From Macrostomum hystrix (Eukaryota; Animalia; Platyhelminthes), in NCBI GenBank assembly GCA_950097015.1, contig CATNEN010000034.1, forward strand, positions 1,240,001-1,304,000: 64,000 nucleotides of DNA, written 5' to 3'. The number at the start of each line of letters is the position of its first letter. Positions within the stretch are counted from its first letter, which is position 1. The notes under the pieces were generated by a model, which was not told the origin of the DNA, made no database searches, and worked only from the letters and a program-made list of their open reading frames with translations. Below, piece by piece: positions 1-11,405 of this stretch. The translations under genes and the position numbers were made by a program.

Positions 1-98
1 ATTGTCTAGCTAAAGGACACATGTTGTTCCAGTGGAGTCGGGAATCGAACCCCCGACCTTCAAGTCGTGAGTCCGACGCTCTATCAAGTAGGCTATAT
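1..98 (-). mobile_element. tRNA-derived SINE head (CORE-like family), cut by window edge
   Basis: Reverse complement reads gggatatagcctacttgatagagcgtcggactcacgacttgaaggtcgggggttcgattcccgactccactgg (A/B-box like); near-identical to the head of the copy at 61729. Confidence 0.8.
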
Positions 99-555
99 CC
101 CAACCCCAAACTTTATTTAGTTGTACAAAGCAAAATGAGCGGGCAAATATCTGAATTGTAATAAATCTAATGCTTATAGGAGCATAAAAAAAGGACAGAA
201 ATTTTAATTCACACGAATTCTAGTCCAGTAAGATGGATTGAGCAGATGGAGTGCAAAGATTATCTGATTCTTTTGAAGGCTGGACAGGATAGAAAGGCAT
301 GTTTTTGCTAAGTTGCAAATGGTTAAAGCCAACCTATAGGAGCGGACAAACGAGAAAATGTTAAAATGATGGATAGGCGAGGGACTTGAAGATTAGGGTG
401 AGTAAGTAAAAAGCGAGATGGAATAAGTAACAAAGCAGGCAGCGAACTGAACACTGCTTAGGCTCTGCTCATCGTCAAGATTGAAATTCACGACTCCATC
501 TGACTGCGCGTGTTAGTACTTGCTTACTAGCTGTATAACCATTACATCTGCTGCA

Positions 556-786
556 GATAGATAGATGGATAACTGTTAGATAGATGGATAACTGTTAGAT
601 AGATGGATAACTGTTAGATAGATGGATAACAGTTAGATAGATGGATAACTGTTAGATGGATAACTGTTAGACAGATGGATAACTGTTAGATAGATGGATA
701 ACAGTTAGATGGATGGATAACAGTTAGATGGATGGATAACAGTTAGTTATATGGATAACTGTTAGATAGATGGATGACTGTTAGAT
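556..786. repeat. 19-bp minisatellite (gatagatggataactgtta)n
   Basis: About 12 tandem, partly degenerate copies seen directly. Confidence 0.9.
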
Positions 787-1178
787 AAATAGACAGGCAA
801 GCAGACAAACAGACCGAAGGACAGACAGACAGATAGGCAGGCATACAGACTGACAGACAGGCAGACAGACAGACGGACGGACAGACAGGCAGACAGACAG
901 ACAGGCAGACAGGCAGACAGGCAGACAGACAGATAGGCAGACAGGCAGACTGACAGACAGGCAGACAGACAGACGGACAGACAGGCAGACAGACAGACAG
1001 GCAGACAGACAGACAGACAGACGGACGGACAGACAGGCAGACAGACAGACGGACGGACAGACAGGCAGACAGACAGACGGACGGACAGACAGGCAGACAG
1101 ACAGACGGACGGACAGACAGGCAGACAGACAGACGGACGGACAGACAGGCAGACAGACAGACGGACGGACAGACATAG
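787..1178. repeat. Compound (GACA/GGCA/GACG)n microsatellite
   Basis: Seen directly; explains the SVCL-type ORFs at 743-1304. Confidence 0.95.
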
Positions 1179-1668
1179 ATAGTCGGGCATTGCAATTAGG
1201 ACAGCTGCATACGAGCGAAGAATGAGAGATATTGCCTCGTTGTTGGCAGTGTTTTTGTTGTTTTCTATGATGACATTTTCCTTCTTTCTACCTGAAGCGT
1301 CCAACCTGAATTGTTAGTATTGTTTCCCTTACACACCTTTGCTTATTGTTTTATTATCTTCCCCTCTGTTCGATCATGAAAACAGTCTCTACGCCGTGTC
1401 GTTCATTTGTGAAGCTTGTTCAGGCCTTAGAGTTCGAATATGCGCTCTTAATTGCCACACAGAAGGCACGTATACTAGCTTCCGCATAGAAGCAAAAACG
1501 AAAAGCTAATTGCTGAATGGGAAACACGCGATCTATAGGTGCCGGAGCGTGGGAGGATCGGCAAAGCACGTTGGAAAGCAGATGGAGCACAATGGGATCA
1601 ACTCAGGTTTAAAGTTTTTTTCGCAAAACCAAAATTCGGATTATTATAACAAAAAAACAATTCCAAGA

Positions 1669-4600
1669 ATGCTTGCAATCATCGGCTGGCTCGGCCTGAT
1701 GTCGGCGTTGGCCTCTGCCGCTGTCTCTTCTGTCGACTCAGTGCAGCGAGCGATACGACTGACCCACACCTTCGAGGAGGAGCTGCCAGTAGGTACCGGC
1801 GTGGCCAACATCCGCCAGCTCTGCCAGAAGCTGCTGCAGTCGCCGACGCTAGTCACAAACTCGGCGGCTCCGGCCTCGCTGGTGGCAGCCTTCTTGGAGT
1901 GCGGCAGAAACTGCCGCTTCAGGACGTTGGAGGCTGGCAGCAGGCAGCATTTCCGATTGGATGCCACAACTGGCGATGTCACCCTGGCCAGACGGGTGAG
2001 CTCAGAGATCCCTGTCACAGATCCGTCACAGATCCCTGAAAGATCAGAGATCCCTGAAGGAGTAGAGATCCCTGAAGGAGTAGAGATCCCTGAAGGAGTA
2101 GAGATCCCTGAAGGATCAGAGATCCCTGAAGGATCAGAGATCCCTGAAGGATCAGAGATCCCTGAAGGATCAGAGATCCCTGAAGGATCAGAGATCCCTG
2201 AAGGATCAGAGATCCCTGAAGGATCAGAGATCCCTGAAGGATCAGAGATCCCTGAAGGATCAGAGATCCCTGAAGGATCAGAGATCCCTGAAGGATCAGA
2301 GATCCCTGAAGGATCAGAGATCCCTGAAGGATCAGAGATCCCTGAAGGAGTAGAGATCCCTGAAGGAGTAGAGATCCCTGAAGGAGTAGAGATCCCTGAA
2401 GGAGTAGAGATCCCTGAAGGAGTAGAGATCCCTGATGGAGTAGAGATCCCTGATGGAGTAGAGATCCCTGAAGGATCAGAGATCCCTGAAGGATCAGAGA
2501 ACCCTGAAGGATCAGAGATCCCTGAAGGAGTAGAGATCCCTGAAGGATCAGAGATCCCTGAAGGATCAGAGAACCCTGAAGGATCAGAGATCCCTGAAGG
2601 AGTAGAGATCCCTGAAGGATCAGAGATCAGAGATCTCTCAAGGATCAGAAACTCGGTAATCAACCATCGACTACATCGCAGGTTGATCGCGAGTCTCTCT
2701 GCGGCGAGGCCGGCACCTGCTGCTCCGGTGAAAAGGCCGCCTCAGCCGTGGACTCCACCGACACCTGCCGCCTCAGCCTGACTCTGGCCGTGTTGGAGAC
2801 GCCGTTCATCGGCGGTCAACTTCGCTGCGTCATCCGCGTCGACTTCAACATCTTGGACGTCAACGACAACGCGCCCGGCTGGCCCGGACTAAGCAGTAGT
2901 GGCGGAGGTGGTGGCGGTGGCAGCCTGACTCTGGGCATTCCTGAGCATACCCCGCTAGGCAGCCGCTTCGCCCTGCCAACCGCCACAGATCCGGACAAGT
3001 CGCCGGAAAACACCACCAAGAAGTACGTCCTCCAGTCCAGTTCGACTCTGAATCTATTCAAACTGGCCTCAGACTCCGCGCAGCCGGCCCTAGAGCTGCT
3101 GGCAGATTTGGACGCTGACGACGCTAATCAGCCGAGGCGATACCGGCTGCTGTTGCTCGCCGTCGACGGTGGCTCGCCCTCGTCGTTGACCGGCACCCTG
3201 ACCATCTTGGTCAACGTTCAAGACATCAACGACAATGCGCCTAGATTCTCGGAAAGTCTTCAGCGTCGAATTCAATTGGCCGAGAACTACCCGGTCGGCC
3301 GGGCGTTCCTCCGGGCGGCGGCCGTCGATCCGGACGTCCGGGACGCCGGCCTTCTGCGCTACCGATTGGGCGCCGGGGCCGACTCAGACGCAGCCGCCGC
3401 CTTCAGCGTGGACGCCGTCACGGGCTCATTAGCGCCAGCCAGACAGCTGGACTTTGAGACCCGTCGGCTCTACCGGCTGCCGCTGGCTGCCACTGACGGC
3501 GTCCACGTCGCCGAGACCATCGTGGAGGTTTGTTAAAGTACATCTAATAACAATAAGATTAATTACAGGAGGGCTGCGGGCAATGGCGCATCATTTGGTG
3601 ACACTAGACTCATAGCCAGCGAGGAGGCAATTCTGCCCCCTTTCGCTGACTCCTGAGCACACAATCACACAGATACTGTACGCAGGCACACGCTCAGACA
3701 GGTGTGAACATCTGCCCTGACTTTCTCATCGTCAGGCAGTGTACACTCTCACTGTGCCTTGGAGGTTGTCCCTCGAGGGTGTAAATTGCACGACAAGCCC
3801 CCCAAGGCTTCTCTCCGCGGCTGCGCCCCAAATAAATGTGGCCTCGTCGCGGAATCGAGCTCAGGGACCTTGGTGCGAGAAGCAAACGCGTCAACCGCTC
3901 TGCCACTCACACCCGTTTAAGTGCGTCTAACCTGAACTGACCTAATAACGTTTGTCAATAAAGCCGCAAAGAAACAGGTTGACAGTGTTTAGAAAGTACA
4001 TTTTAGCATGTCGATAAAAATATTCCATTGCCGCGGCTAAAAGCTGCATGCGAAGGAATCGAAATTTGCCAGCCTTTGTTTTATGTGTTCGGCAACACGT
4101 GAGTTGCAATTGACAGTTTTGATCCGCGTGCGGTGCTGGCCTTTTGTGGGTCTTTAGGGACACGCGGGCGTGTCACCAAGGTATCAAATGTCAACTGGGA
4201 TTTTTCAGTTTAGTAAAAAATTGGTCTAATGTCAAACAAATGCAAGATGAAAAAAGTTGCTTGCTAGAAACAAAAACAATGGGACAAGGAAGTGAATGAA
4301 AATCTGTTTGTACCAAATAGCGAAAATATTGTTCTAAAGCATTGTTGAGCATCACAGCACCGGTAGTGATTTGTACTTTTAGGACTACGAAAAATTACAA
4401 AGTAATTTGAAATCGGAGAAAATATGCAATCCCAAATTATTAAAAATCCCAAATTATTACAGATCCTAAATTGTTAGAAAAATCCCAAATTATTTGAGAT
4501 CCCAGATTATTAGATATCCCAAATTATTATAAATCCCAAATTATTATAAATCCCAAATTATTACATATCCCAAATTGTTAGAAACCCCAAATTATTAGAG

Positions 4601-7600
4601 ATCCCAAATTATTAGTTATCCCAAGTTAGTAGAGATCCTAAATTATTAGAGATCCCAAATTATTAGAAATCCCAAATTATTATAAATCCCAAATGATTAC
4701 AGATCCCAAATTGTTAGAAACCCCAAATTATTAGAGATCCCAAATTATTAGAAATCCCATATTATTGAAATCCCAAATTATTAGAGATCCCAAATTATTA
4801 GAGATCCCAAATTATTAGAGATCCCAAATTATTAGAGATCCCAAATTATTAGAAATCCCATATTATTGAAATCCCAAATTATTAGAGATCCCAAATTATT
4901 AGAGATCCCAAATTATTAGAGATCCCAAATTATTAGAGATCCCAAATTATTAGTTATCCCAAGTTAGTAGAGATCCTAAATTATTAGAGATCCCATATTA
5001 TTGAAATCCCAAATTATTAGAGATCCCAAATTATTAGAGATCCCAAATTATTAGAGATCCCAAATTATTAGAGATCCCAAATTATTAGAGATCATAAGAG
5101 TTAGGAAATCCGCAATGAGGAGGATTGCAGGATCCCAGTAAACTCGCCGCCAACCTCGAATTTCAGGTGGAGCTGACGAACGAGAACGATAACCCGCCCG
5201 TCATCTCCGTCATCGGCGTCGGCTCGGATCCTGAACAGCTGGAGGTGGTTGAGAACGCCCCAGTCGGCACTCTGGTTGCGACACTGGATGTCAGCGACGC
5301 GGACGACAGGTGAGCAGCTGGACCTGCGAGATTTGGACCAATGTGATGTGACAGACAAAGTGACAAACTCGCCTTTTTTAAACGAATTAATCTTCAAACA
5401 TTGCTATTGTAGACCCGAGCAGCAGCAGCAGCAGCAGCAGCAGCAGGTGATCTGCTTAGCCGAGCCGCAGTCGGATTTCAGCCTGCTGCTGCTGTACAAA
5501 TCGGCACGCGGACAGTTTCGACTGGTGACCAATCGGCGATTCGATCGAGAATCCGAAACTCCACCAGGAGTTGTCAGCGTCGGCCTGGTCTGCAACGACA
5601 ACGGCTCGCCGAGTCTCCTTGCTGAACGGCGCGTTCAGGTAAGACTAACGGCTCTGGCACCCATCTGTACACTCACATGCTTTTCATGCTTTTCATCAGC
5701 TGCAAACTTTTTAAGATAAAAAATTGATCCGTTTTCTTAGAAATGTATATCCCCTTTCTAAGAAACAGAGCATGATTTAAATGATAATGAATATATATTC
5801 TAAAAAATACATGGATTCTAGGAAATAAAAAAGAATTCTAACGAATAGTCACAGTTTGTCCCGGAAACTGCTCAGCTCTTGTTTGAGGCAAAAAATAGCT
5901 TTGCTGATTTTAATACCAATAATAATTATTATTATTACAGGAGGGCTGTGGGCCGTGAAACATCATTTGGTGACACTAGACCCACAGCCAGCGAGGAGGC
6001 AATTCTGCCCATTTCGCTGACTCCTGAGCACACACGCACTCAGATACTGTACGCAGTCACTCGCTCACACAAGTGTGAACATCTGCCCTTGACTTTCTCA
6101 TCGTCAGTCAGTGTACACTCTCACTGTGCCTTGGAGGTTGTCCCTCGAGGGCGTAAATTGCACGACAAGCCCCCAAGCATTCTCTCCGCGGCTGCGCCTC
6201 AATTTAACGTGGCTTAGTCGCGGAATCGAGCTCAGGGACCTCGGTGCGAGATGCAGACGCGTTGACCGCTCTGCCACCGACCCCTTAATTTTAATGCTAT
6301 GTATTTTAATACTTTCTTAAAAAACACTTATTTGCTTAGACAGCGTTTATGAATTTTCTTAGAAAATAAATGCTTTCTTTCTTAGAAACTAGTTTTCAGA
6401 GTTTCTACTAATTAAAAGACTGAAAACTGCTTCCCACATGCTGTCCAGATTCGAATTATCGACGAGAACGACTCCCCGCCGGTGTTCTCACCCGGCTCCC
6501 TGACCGTCCAGCTCCCCGAGAATGAGCCGCCTGGCCGCGTCGTCGCCCGGATTAGCGCGGTCGACGCGGACTTGGCCGACAATGCCGCTCTGCGCTACCG
6601 GCTGTGCGGCGCGTCCGCGGGCACCGACTTTCTCGTTGACCGACTAACCGGCGAGCTGAGGACACGACTCAGCTTCGATCGAGAAACGATTCCCGACCCA
6701 ATCGTCAACATCACCGTCTGCGTTGTCGACTTGGGCGACGCTCCGGCTGACGATCCGCGGCCGAGACACACGGCCACCGGCACCGTAGCTGTCCAGATTG
6801 TCGACGTGAACGACTGCCGGCCTGTTTTCGTCGGCATCGCCAGCGAAGGCGAGGGCTACACCTTCAAAGTCGAGGAGAACTCGCCAGCGGGCCGGTTAGT
6901 CGGCATTGTCGCCGCTGTTGACGCTGATGTCGAGCCAGCTAATAGGCAAATTTCCTATCGGCTCGAAGCGACGACGGGCAATGTGGAGAACTTTTTTGAA
7001 GTCACATCTGAGGGGCACCTGGTCACCGGCCGGCTGTCAGTCGATCGAGAAACCAAAGACAGCTTTAGATTCCAGGTGATCTGTTTGTACATCAGCTTTT
7101 ATCTATTTCTATCTACGAGCAAAATAAAAGTTTGGCAGGTAATAGTTAGGACAGGTGGGGGGAAGTTGGGAGAAGTAGACAGGTGGAGAGGAAGGTAGAG
7201 AGGTAGAGGAAAAAGGGTGGATAGATGGAGGAAGAAAGGAAGTTAATTTTCGGCTTTTTAAATCAGATTCTAAATCAATTTTATCGGAGAAATAGAAAAG
7301 ACTCGAATTGCACTACTGTTTTTGAAGTTCAGTAATCAACAATGCATTATTGACATAAAGCATAAAAAATTCATCAGGTTTCCGCCGACGACGGTCTCGG
7401 CGGCCGTTCTACAGCCCATGTTCGAATCGTCGTGCTGGATCTCAACGATCACCGACCAGCGTGGCACCTGCCGTCGCCGACTAGCGCAGCCGTCAACGTC
7501 AGCGTCGAGCACCCGGCCGGCCAGCCGATCCTCCGCCTACTGGCTGTCGATCCGGACGCAGGAGTCAACGGCGAGATCGCATACCGTCTGGCCGGCGCCA

Positions 7601-9704
7601 GGCCGTCTGACGGTCTGAAACTGTTCTCGGTTGCGCCTCGGTCAGGCGAGCTGACACTGACGCCGACGGACAGGCGGACAACAGCGGAGGAGGAGCCGGT
7701 GGCGAAGACTCGGCGACGAAGGTTTCTTGGCGCCATGTACGCGCTGGTGCTGACTGCGGAGGATGGCGGAACGCCGAAATTAACCAGCGCCGCTGTGCTG
7801 CAGGTGGGCTGCAGTTTCTGTATTCCAGTTTCTGTATTCCAGTTTCTGTATTCCAGTTTCTGTATTCCAGTTTCTGTATTCCAGTTTCTGTATTCCAGTT
7901 TCTGTATTCCAGTTTCTGTATTCCAGTTTCTGTATTCCAGTTTCTGTATTCCAGTTTCTGTATTCCAGTTTCTGTATTCCAGTTTCTGTATTCCAGTTTC
8001 TGTATTCCAGTTTCTGTATTCCAGTTTCTGTATTCCAGTTTCTGTATTCCAGTTTCTGTATTCCAGTTTCTGTATTCCAGTTTCTGTATTCCAGTTTCTG
8101 TATTCCAGTTTCTGTATTCCAGTTTCTGTATTCCAGTTTCTGTATTCCAGTTTCTGTATTCCAGTTTCTGTATTCCAGTTTCTGTATTCCAGTTTCTGTA
8201 TTCCAGTTTCTGTATTCCAATTTCTGTATTCCAGTTCCCGTGCCCTGACCCCGCATATCCAGGTCACATTCGTGGAACCGCCTCATTCCGCACAATTGCC
8301 CGCCTCCACGTGGGCATTTTCATCGGTCTCCGCGGACGTCAGTCTTGTCGCAGTGGTTGCCATGGTGACTGCCACCCTAGGAGTCTCAGCGCCAATGCTT
8401 GCTGCCATCGCCTGCTTGAGGCTGCGTCGGCGACGCAGGCGGCGGCTGCGGCGGCCGCGTAGGAAACGACAAAGTCCACCAGGAGAAGGCAACCGAGATG
8501 AAGCAGACAGAGAGGCTGACAGGCAACTAATAGGCAAGGAGCTGCAAGCTGGTGAGAGCTCAAGAGAAATAATAGGAATAATAGGGATATGGATTTCTCA
8601 TCTGATTATGAGATAATAGTAACTGAAAGCTCTCATTTCATATTATTTCCTATACATCAGCGCCAGCTGCGGACAATGCAAATTCGTTAGAGCTGCAGGA
8701 CAGAGCTGTACACAGCTCCGGTCACTCCCAGCGAATCGGAGGGACTCGTCTGGTTGACCCAGTCTGGTTGTCAAGCGGGCAACGCTGTGGATGTCAGTGC
8801 ATTGCCTTGTACCGGTTGTTTCAGTAATCTGACTCAGGGTTATCAAATATTTATAAAACAATTATTTTGACAGGTGGAGGAGAAAGTAGGCAGAGATAGT
8901 AGACCGGCGGACGAGGATGCAGGGAGAGATAGTAGAAAGGCAGAGGAGGAAGTAGGGAGAGATAGTAGAAAGGCAGAGGAGGAAGTAGGCAGAGATAGTA
9001 GACAGGTGGAGGAGGAAGTAGGCAGAGATAGTAGACAGGCGGAGGAGGATGCAGGGAGAGAAAGTAGACCGGTGGAGGTGGAAGTAGGCAGAGATAGTAG
9101 ACCGGCGGACGAGGATGCAGGGAGAGATAGTAGACCGGCGGACGAGGATGCAGGGAGAGATAGTAGAAAGGCAGAGGAGGAAGTAGGGAGAGATAGTAGA
9201 AAGGCAGAGGAGGAAGTAGGGAGAGATAGTAGAAAGGCAGAGGAGGAAGTAGGGAGAGATAGTAGAAAGGCAGAGGAGGAAGTAGGGAGAGATAGTAGAA
9301 AGGCAGAGGAGGAAGTAGGGAGAAATAGTAGACCGGTGGAGGAGGAAGTAGGCAGAGATAGTAGACAGGTGGAGGAGGAAGTAGGCAGAGATAGTAGACA
9401 GGCGGAGGAGGATGCAGGGAGAGATAGTAGAAAGGCGGAGGAGGAAGTAGGCAGAGATAGTAGACAGGTGGAGGAGGAAGTAGGGAGAGATAGTAGACAG
9501 GCGGAGGAGGAAGTAGGGAGAGATAGTAGACAGGCGGCGGAGGAAGTAGGGAGAGATAGTAGACAGGCAGAGGAGGATGTAGGGAGAGGTAGCTTTGGAG
9601 CTCATGTGTGTCTTTATATTCTGTTATTCCATTTCAGATCTCAAAAATGGGAGTCAATTTAAACAGCGGCTACCACCATATGGACCTGCGAGTGGCCCTT
9701 CCAG
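1669..9704 (+). CDS. Non-clustered protocadherin, 7 EC repeats + TM (delta-1-like architecture); 3' end uncertain
   Basis: Exons 1669-1995, 2682-3527, 5167-5309, 5413-5638, 6449-7075, 7378-7803, 8263-8551 and probably 9638-9704 join in frame at GT-AG sites. Signal peptide MLAIIGWLGLMSALA; EC1 VDRESLCGEAGTC (C-X5-C); linkers DVNDNAP, DINDNAP, NENDNPP, DENDSPP, DVNDCRP, DLNDHRP; TM VSLVAVVAMVTATLGVSAPMLAAIACL followed by a poly-Arg stop-transfer segment. Confidence 0.9.
2003..2645. repeat. 18-bp minisatellite (gagatccctgaaggatca / ...ggagta) filling protocadherin intron 1
   Basis: About 34 copies in two variants arranged in blocks; the intron is 1996-2681. Confidence 0.95.
3560..3907 (-). mobile_element. 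tRNA-derived SINE, family 2 (Deu/Nin-domain-like), in protocadherin intron 2
   Basis: Minus strand starts agtggcagagcggttgacgcg...gagctcgattccgcgacgagg (tRNA-like) and ends cagccctcctgtaattaat. A second copy lies at 5920-6277. The central part resembles the Deu/Nin domain as recalled from memory, not searched. Confidence 0.75.
4425..5095. repeat. 17-bp minisatellite (gagatcccaaattatta)n in protocadherin intron 2
   Basis: About 39 copies seen directly, homogeneous at the 3' end and degenerate at the 5' end. Confidence 0.95.
5920..6277 (-). mobile_element. tRNA-derived SINE family 2, second copy, in protocadherin intron 4
   Basis: Colinear with 3560-3907 over about 340 bp, with a (TAA)n tail on the minus strand. 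Confidence 0.8.
7812..8235. repeat. 14-bp minisatellite (tttctgtattccag)n filling protocadherin intron 6
   Basis: About 30 near-perfect copies inside intron 7804-8262. Confidence 0.95.
8874..9590. repeat. 33-bp purine-rich minisatellite (agagatagtagacaggcggaggaggaagtaggg-like) in a protocadherin intron
   Basis: About 21 variant copies; explains the ORFs 8862-9605 and 8874-9662. Confidence 0.9.
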
Positions 9705-10317
9705 GTGAGGGAAATGCTGCATTAGTTTTACTGGAATTCATCAGCATGTAAAACTATTTTTGTGCAAAGTTAAGCACCACTTGTAGTAAGAGTATTAGCA
9801 GCGAAATACCCAACTTCGTCAGACAAATTAAGTTAAAACACAAATTTTAGACCAATGTACGACTCGGGGTAGCGTCCGATCATCGCGTCGTCATGACAAC
9901 GGCCTTGATGTAAACGATGAGAAGACGAATGACAGCCAGGTTGAGTCCTTGGCTAACCTGTCAGTGCGAAGTGTCACTTACGTTTAAAATTGTTCTTCTG
10001 CGCTCTTAATTGTTATTAACTGGTCTGCACTGGATCTATTAACGCTAACAAGTTTTTTTAGACCTTTACTGAAAAATACCATAACGTTCATTTCGGCTAC
10101 TCATTAGTAGGATGCGTGGGATTGCTGTTGTATTTCCTACGTGTATTAACATTTATTCGATCTTAAAATAGCTTGCTTATCGGACCAATTTATTTATGTG
10201 TGTTAAAGACCATTTGAAGAAACAAGTTTATTGAAAACGAAGTAATTTATTAACAACAGAAAGGCTGCTAAAGTAACGTACATATCATATCTACTTTAGT
10301 TGTCATTGACCATTAGT

Positions 10318-10590
10318 TGATTAAACCTGCCTCGACTGGGCCAGGTGTGCAGCCGAAAGTACAGCCGCAGCTATTGCGCGGCGCATCTGAAGGCTGCCGT
10401 ACGGCTGTTCAGTCCATGGACTGGGGGAATGCCACACCCACCCTCAATTACGTACCCCAGCTGATGCCGGTACCCATTTACAGCTGGCTGAACTGAAGCA
10501 ATGCAGAGTTAAGTGTCTTGCTAAAGGACAGAAATTGTCACAGTGGAGTCGGGAATCGAACCCCGGACTTTTAAGTCGTCAGGCTACAAC
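10318..10590 (-). mobile_element. CORE-like SINE copy
   Basis: Reverse complement of the 61729-62040 element, including the CORE-like block and the B box. Confidence 0.85.
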
Positions 10591-11405
10591 CGACTATCAA
10601 AATATTAAAGTAAATACTATCGGAAAACATTGTTCAATTCGTTTAATTCGTCGCACAGAGCTAATGGTCATAAAAGTGCTTCAGAAAATAATAGTACATC
10701 TGTCCTTACCATTTCAGTGTGTCATCAGAGACAGAAAATAATGCAGGCCATGCGTGCAAATAAAGCGCAGCAATTCGTAGGATCTCACAGAGATTTGCCT
10801 AGATTTTATCGAAGAAAAACTAATATTTCTACTATGAGTAGGCTATTCAGTCGTGTGAAACTCTGACAACTGGAAAATGATGGCCCCGCGTGCTACTGAA
10901 AGAGATGACAGACACAGGCACATTTTATTTGGTAATTAAGAAAAAACGGCTGATTTATGGTGACGCACACACACAAAAATCTATTGGCAACAAGATGGTT
11001 GTTGACTGAACTTAAAACTAGAAATTAATAACCCACTGGTTATTGCTCAAGGATGGTGGTCAGTAGTAGTTGTTGGAACAGTGTCAACTTATTCTAGAAC
11101 ATTTTATTGACGAGAATTCTTGACTTAATGAAATAGGATCCAAGTGAAAGCACCCCATGTGATTTATAGCCTAGTTTGATTTTTGGATTTTTGTCTTATA
11201 ATTAAGGATAATGAGGCGGGTCACTTTCCGAACCTGTCAATAATATTTTCCTCTGTCGTCAAGGCACTGTTGGGTGCCAGGAATTTTCTTGATCTCAGAA
11301 AAAATCATGTGCTAAAGAAACGGAGAGAGTGCTGCAGAAAGTAAGTAGTACATAAAATTGTCCAGCTTTCAAAGCAGTGTCAGCAGCATTCAAACAGCTA
11401 TGGCC

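Noticed and set aside
743-1304. Long ORFs over tandem repeats (also 7449-8295, 8862-9662, 15601-16741, 19345-19899, 25828-26254, 37827-38382, 40365-40807, 43008-43653, 51413-52096, 63694-63996)
   Set aside because: They are open only because the repeat unit lacks stops; several frames and both strands are open at once, and they lie in introns or intergenic DNA.
3690-3750. Hammerhead-like CTGACGA...GAAA on the minus strand of SINE family 2
   Set aside because: There is no stem II, stem III has a mismatch and no NUH cleavage triplet, and the motif is not conserved in the flank of copy 2.
8655-8810. GC-richer segment in the protocadherin intron that could be an extra cytoplasmic exon
   Set aside because: The acceptor phase fits, but I found no convincing donor before the in-frame stop; left unannotated.
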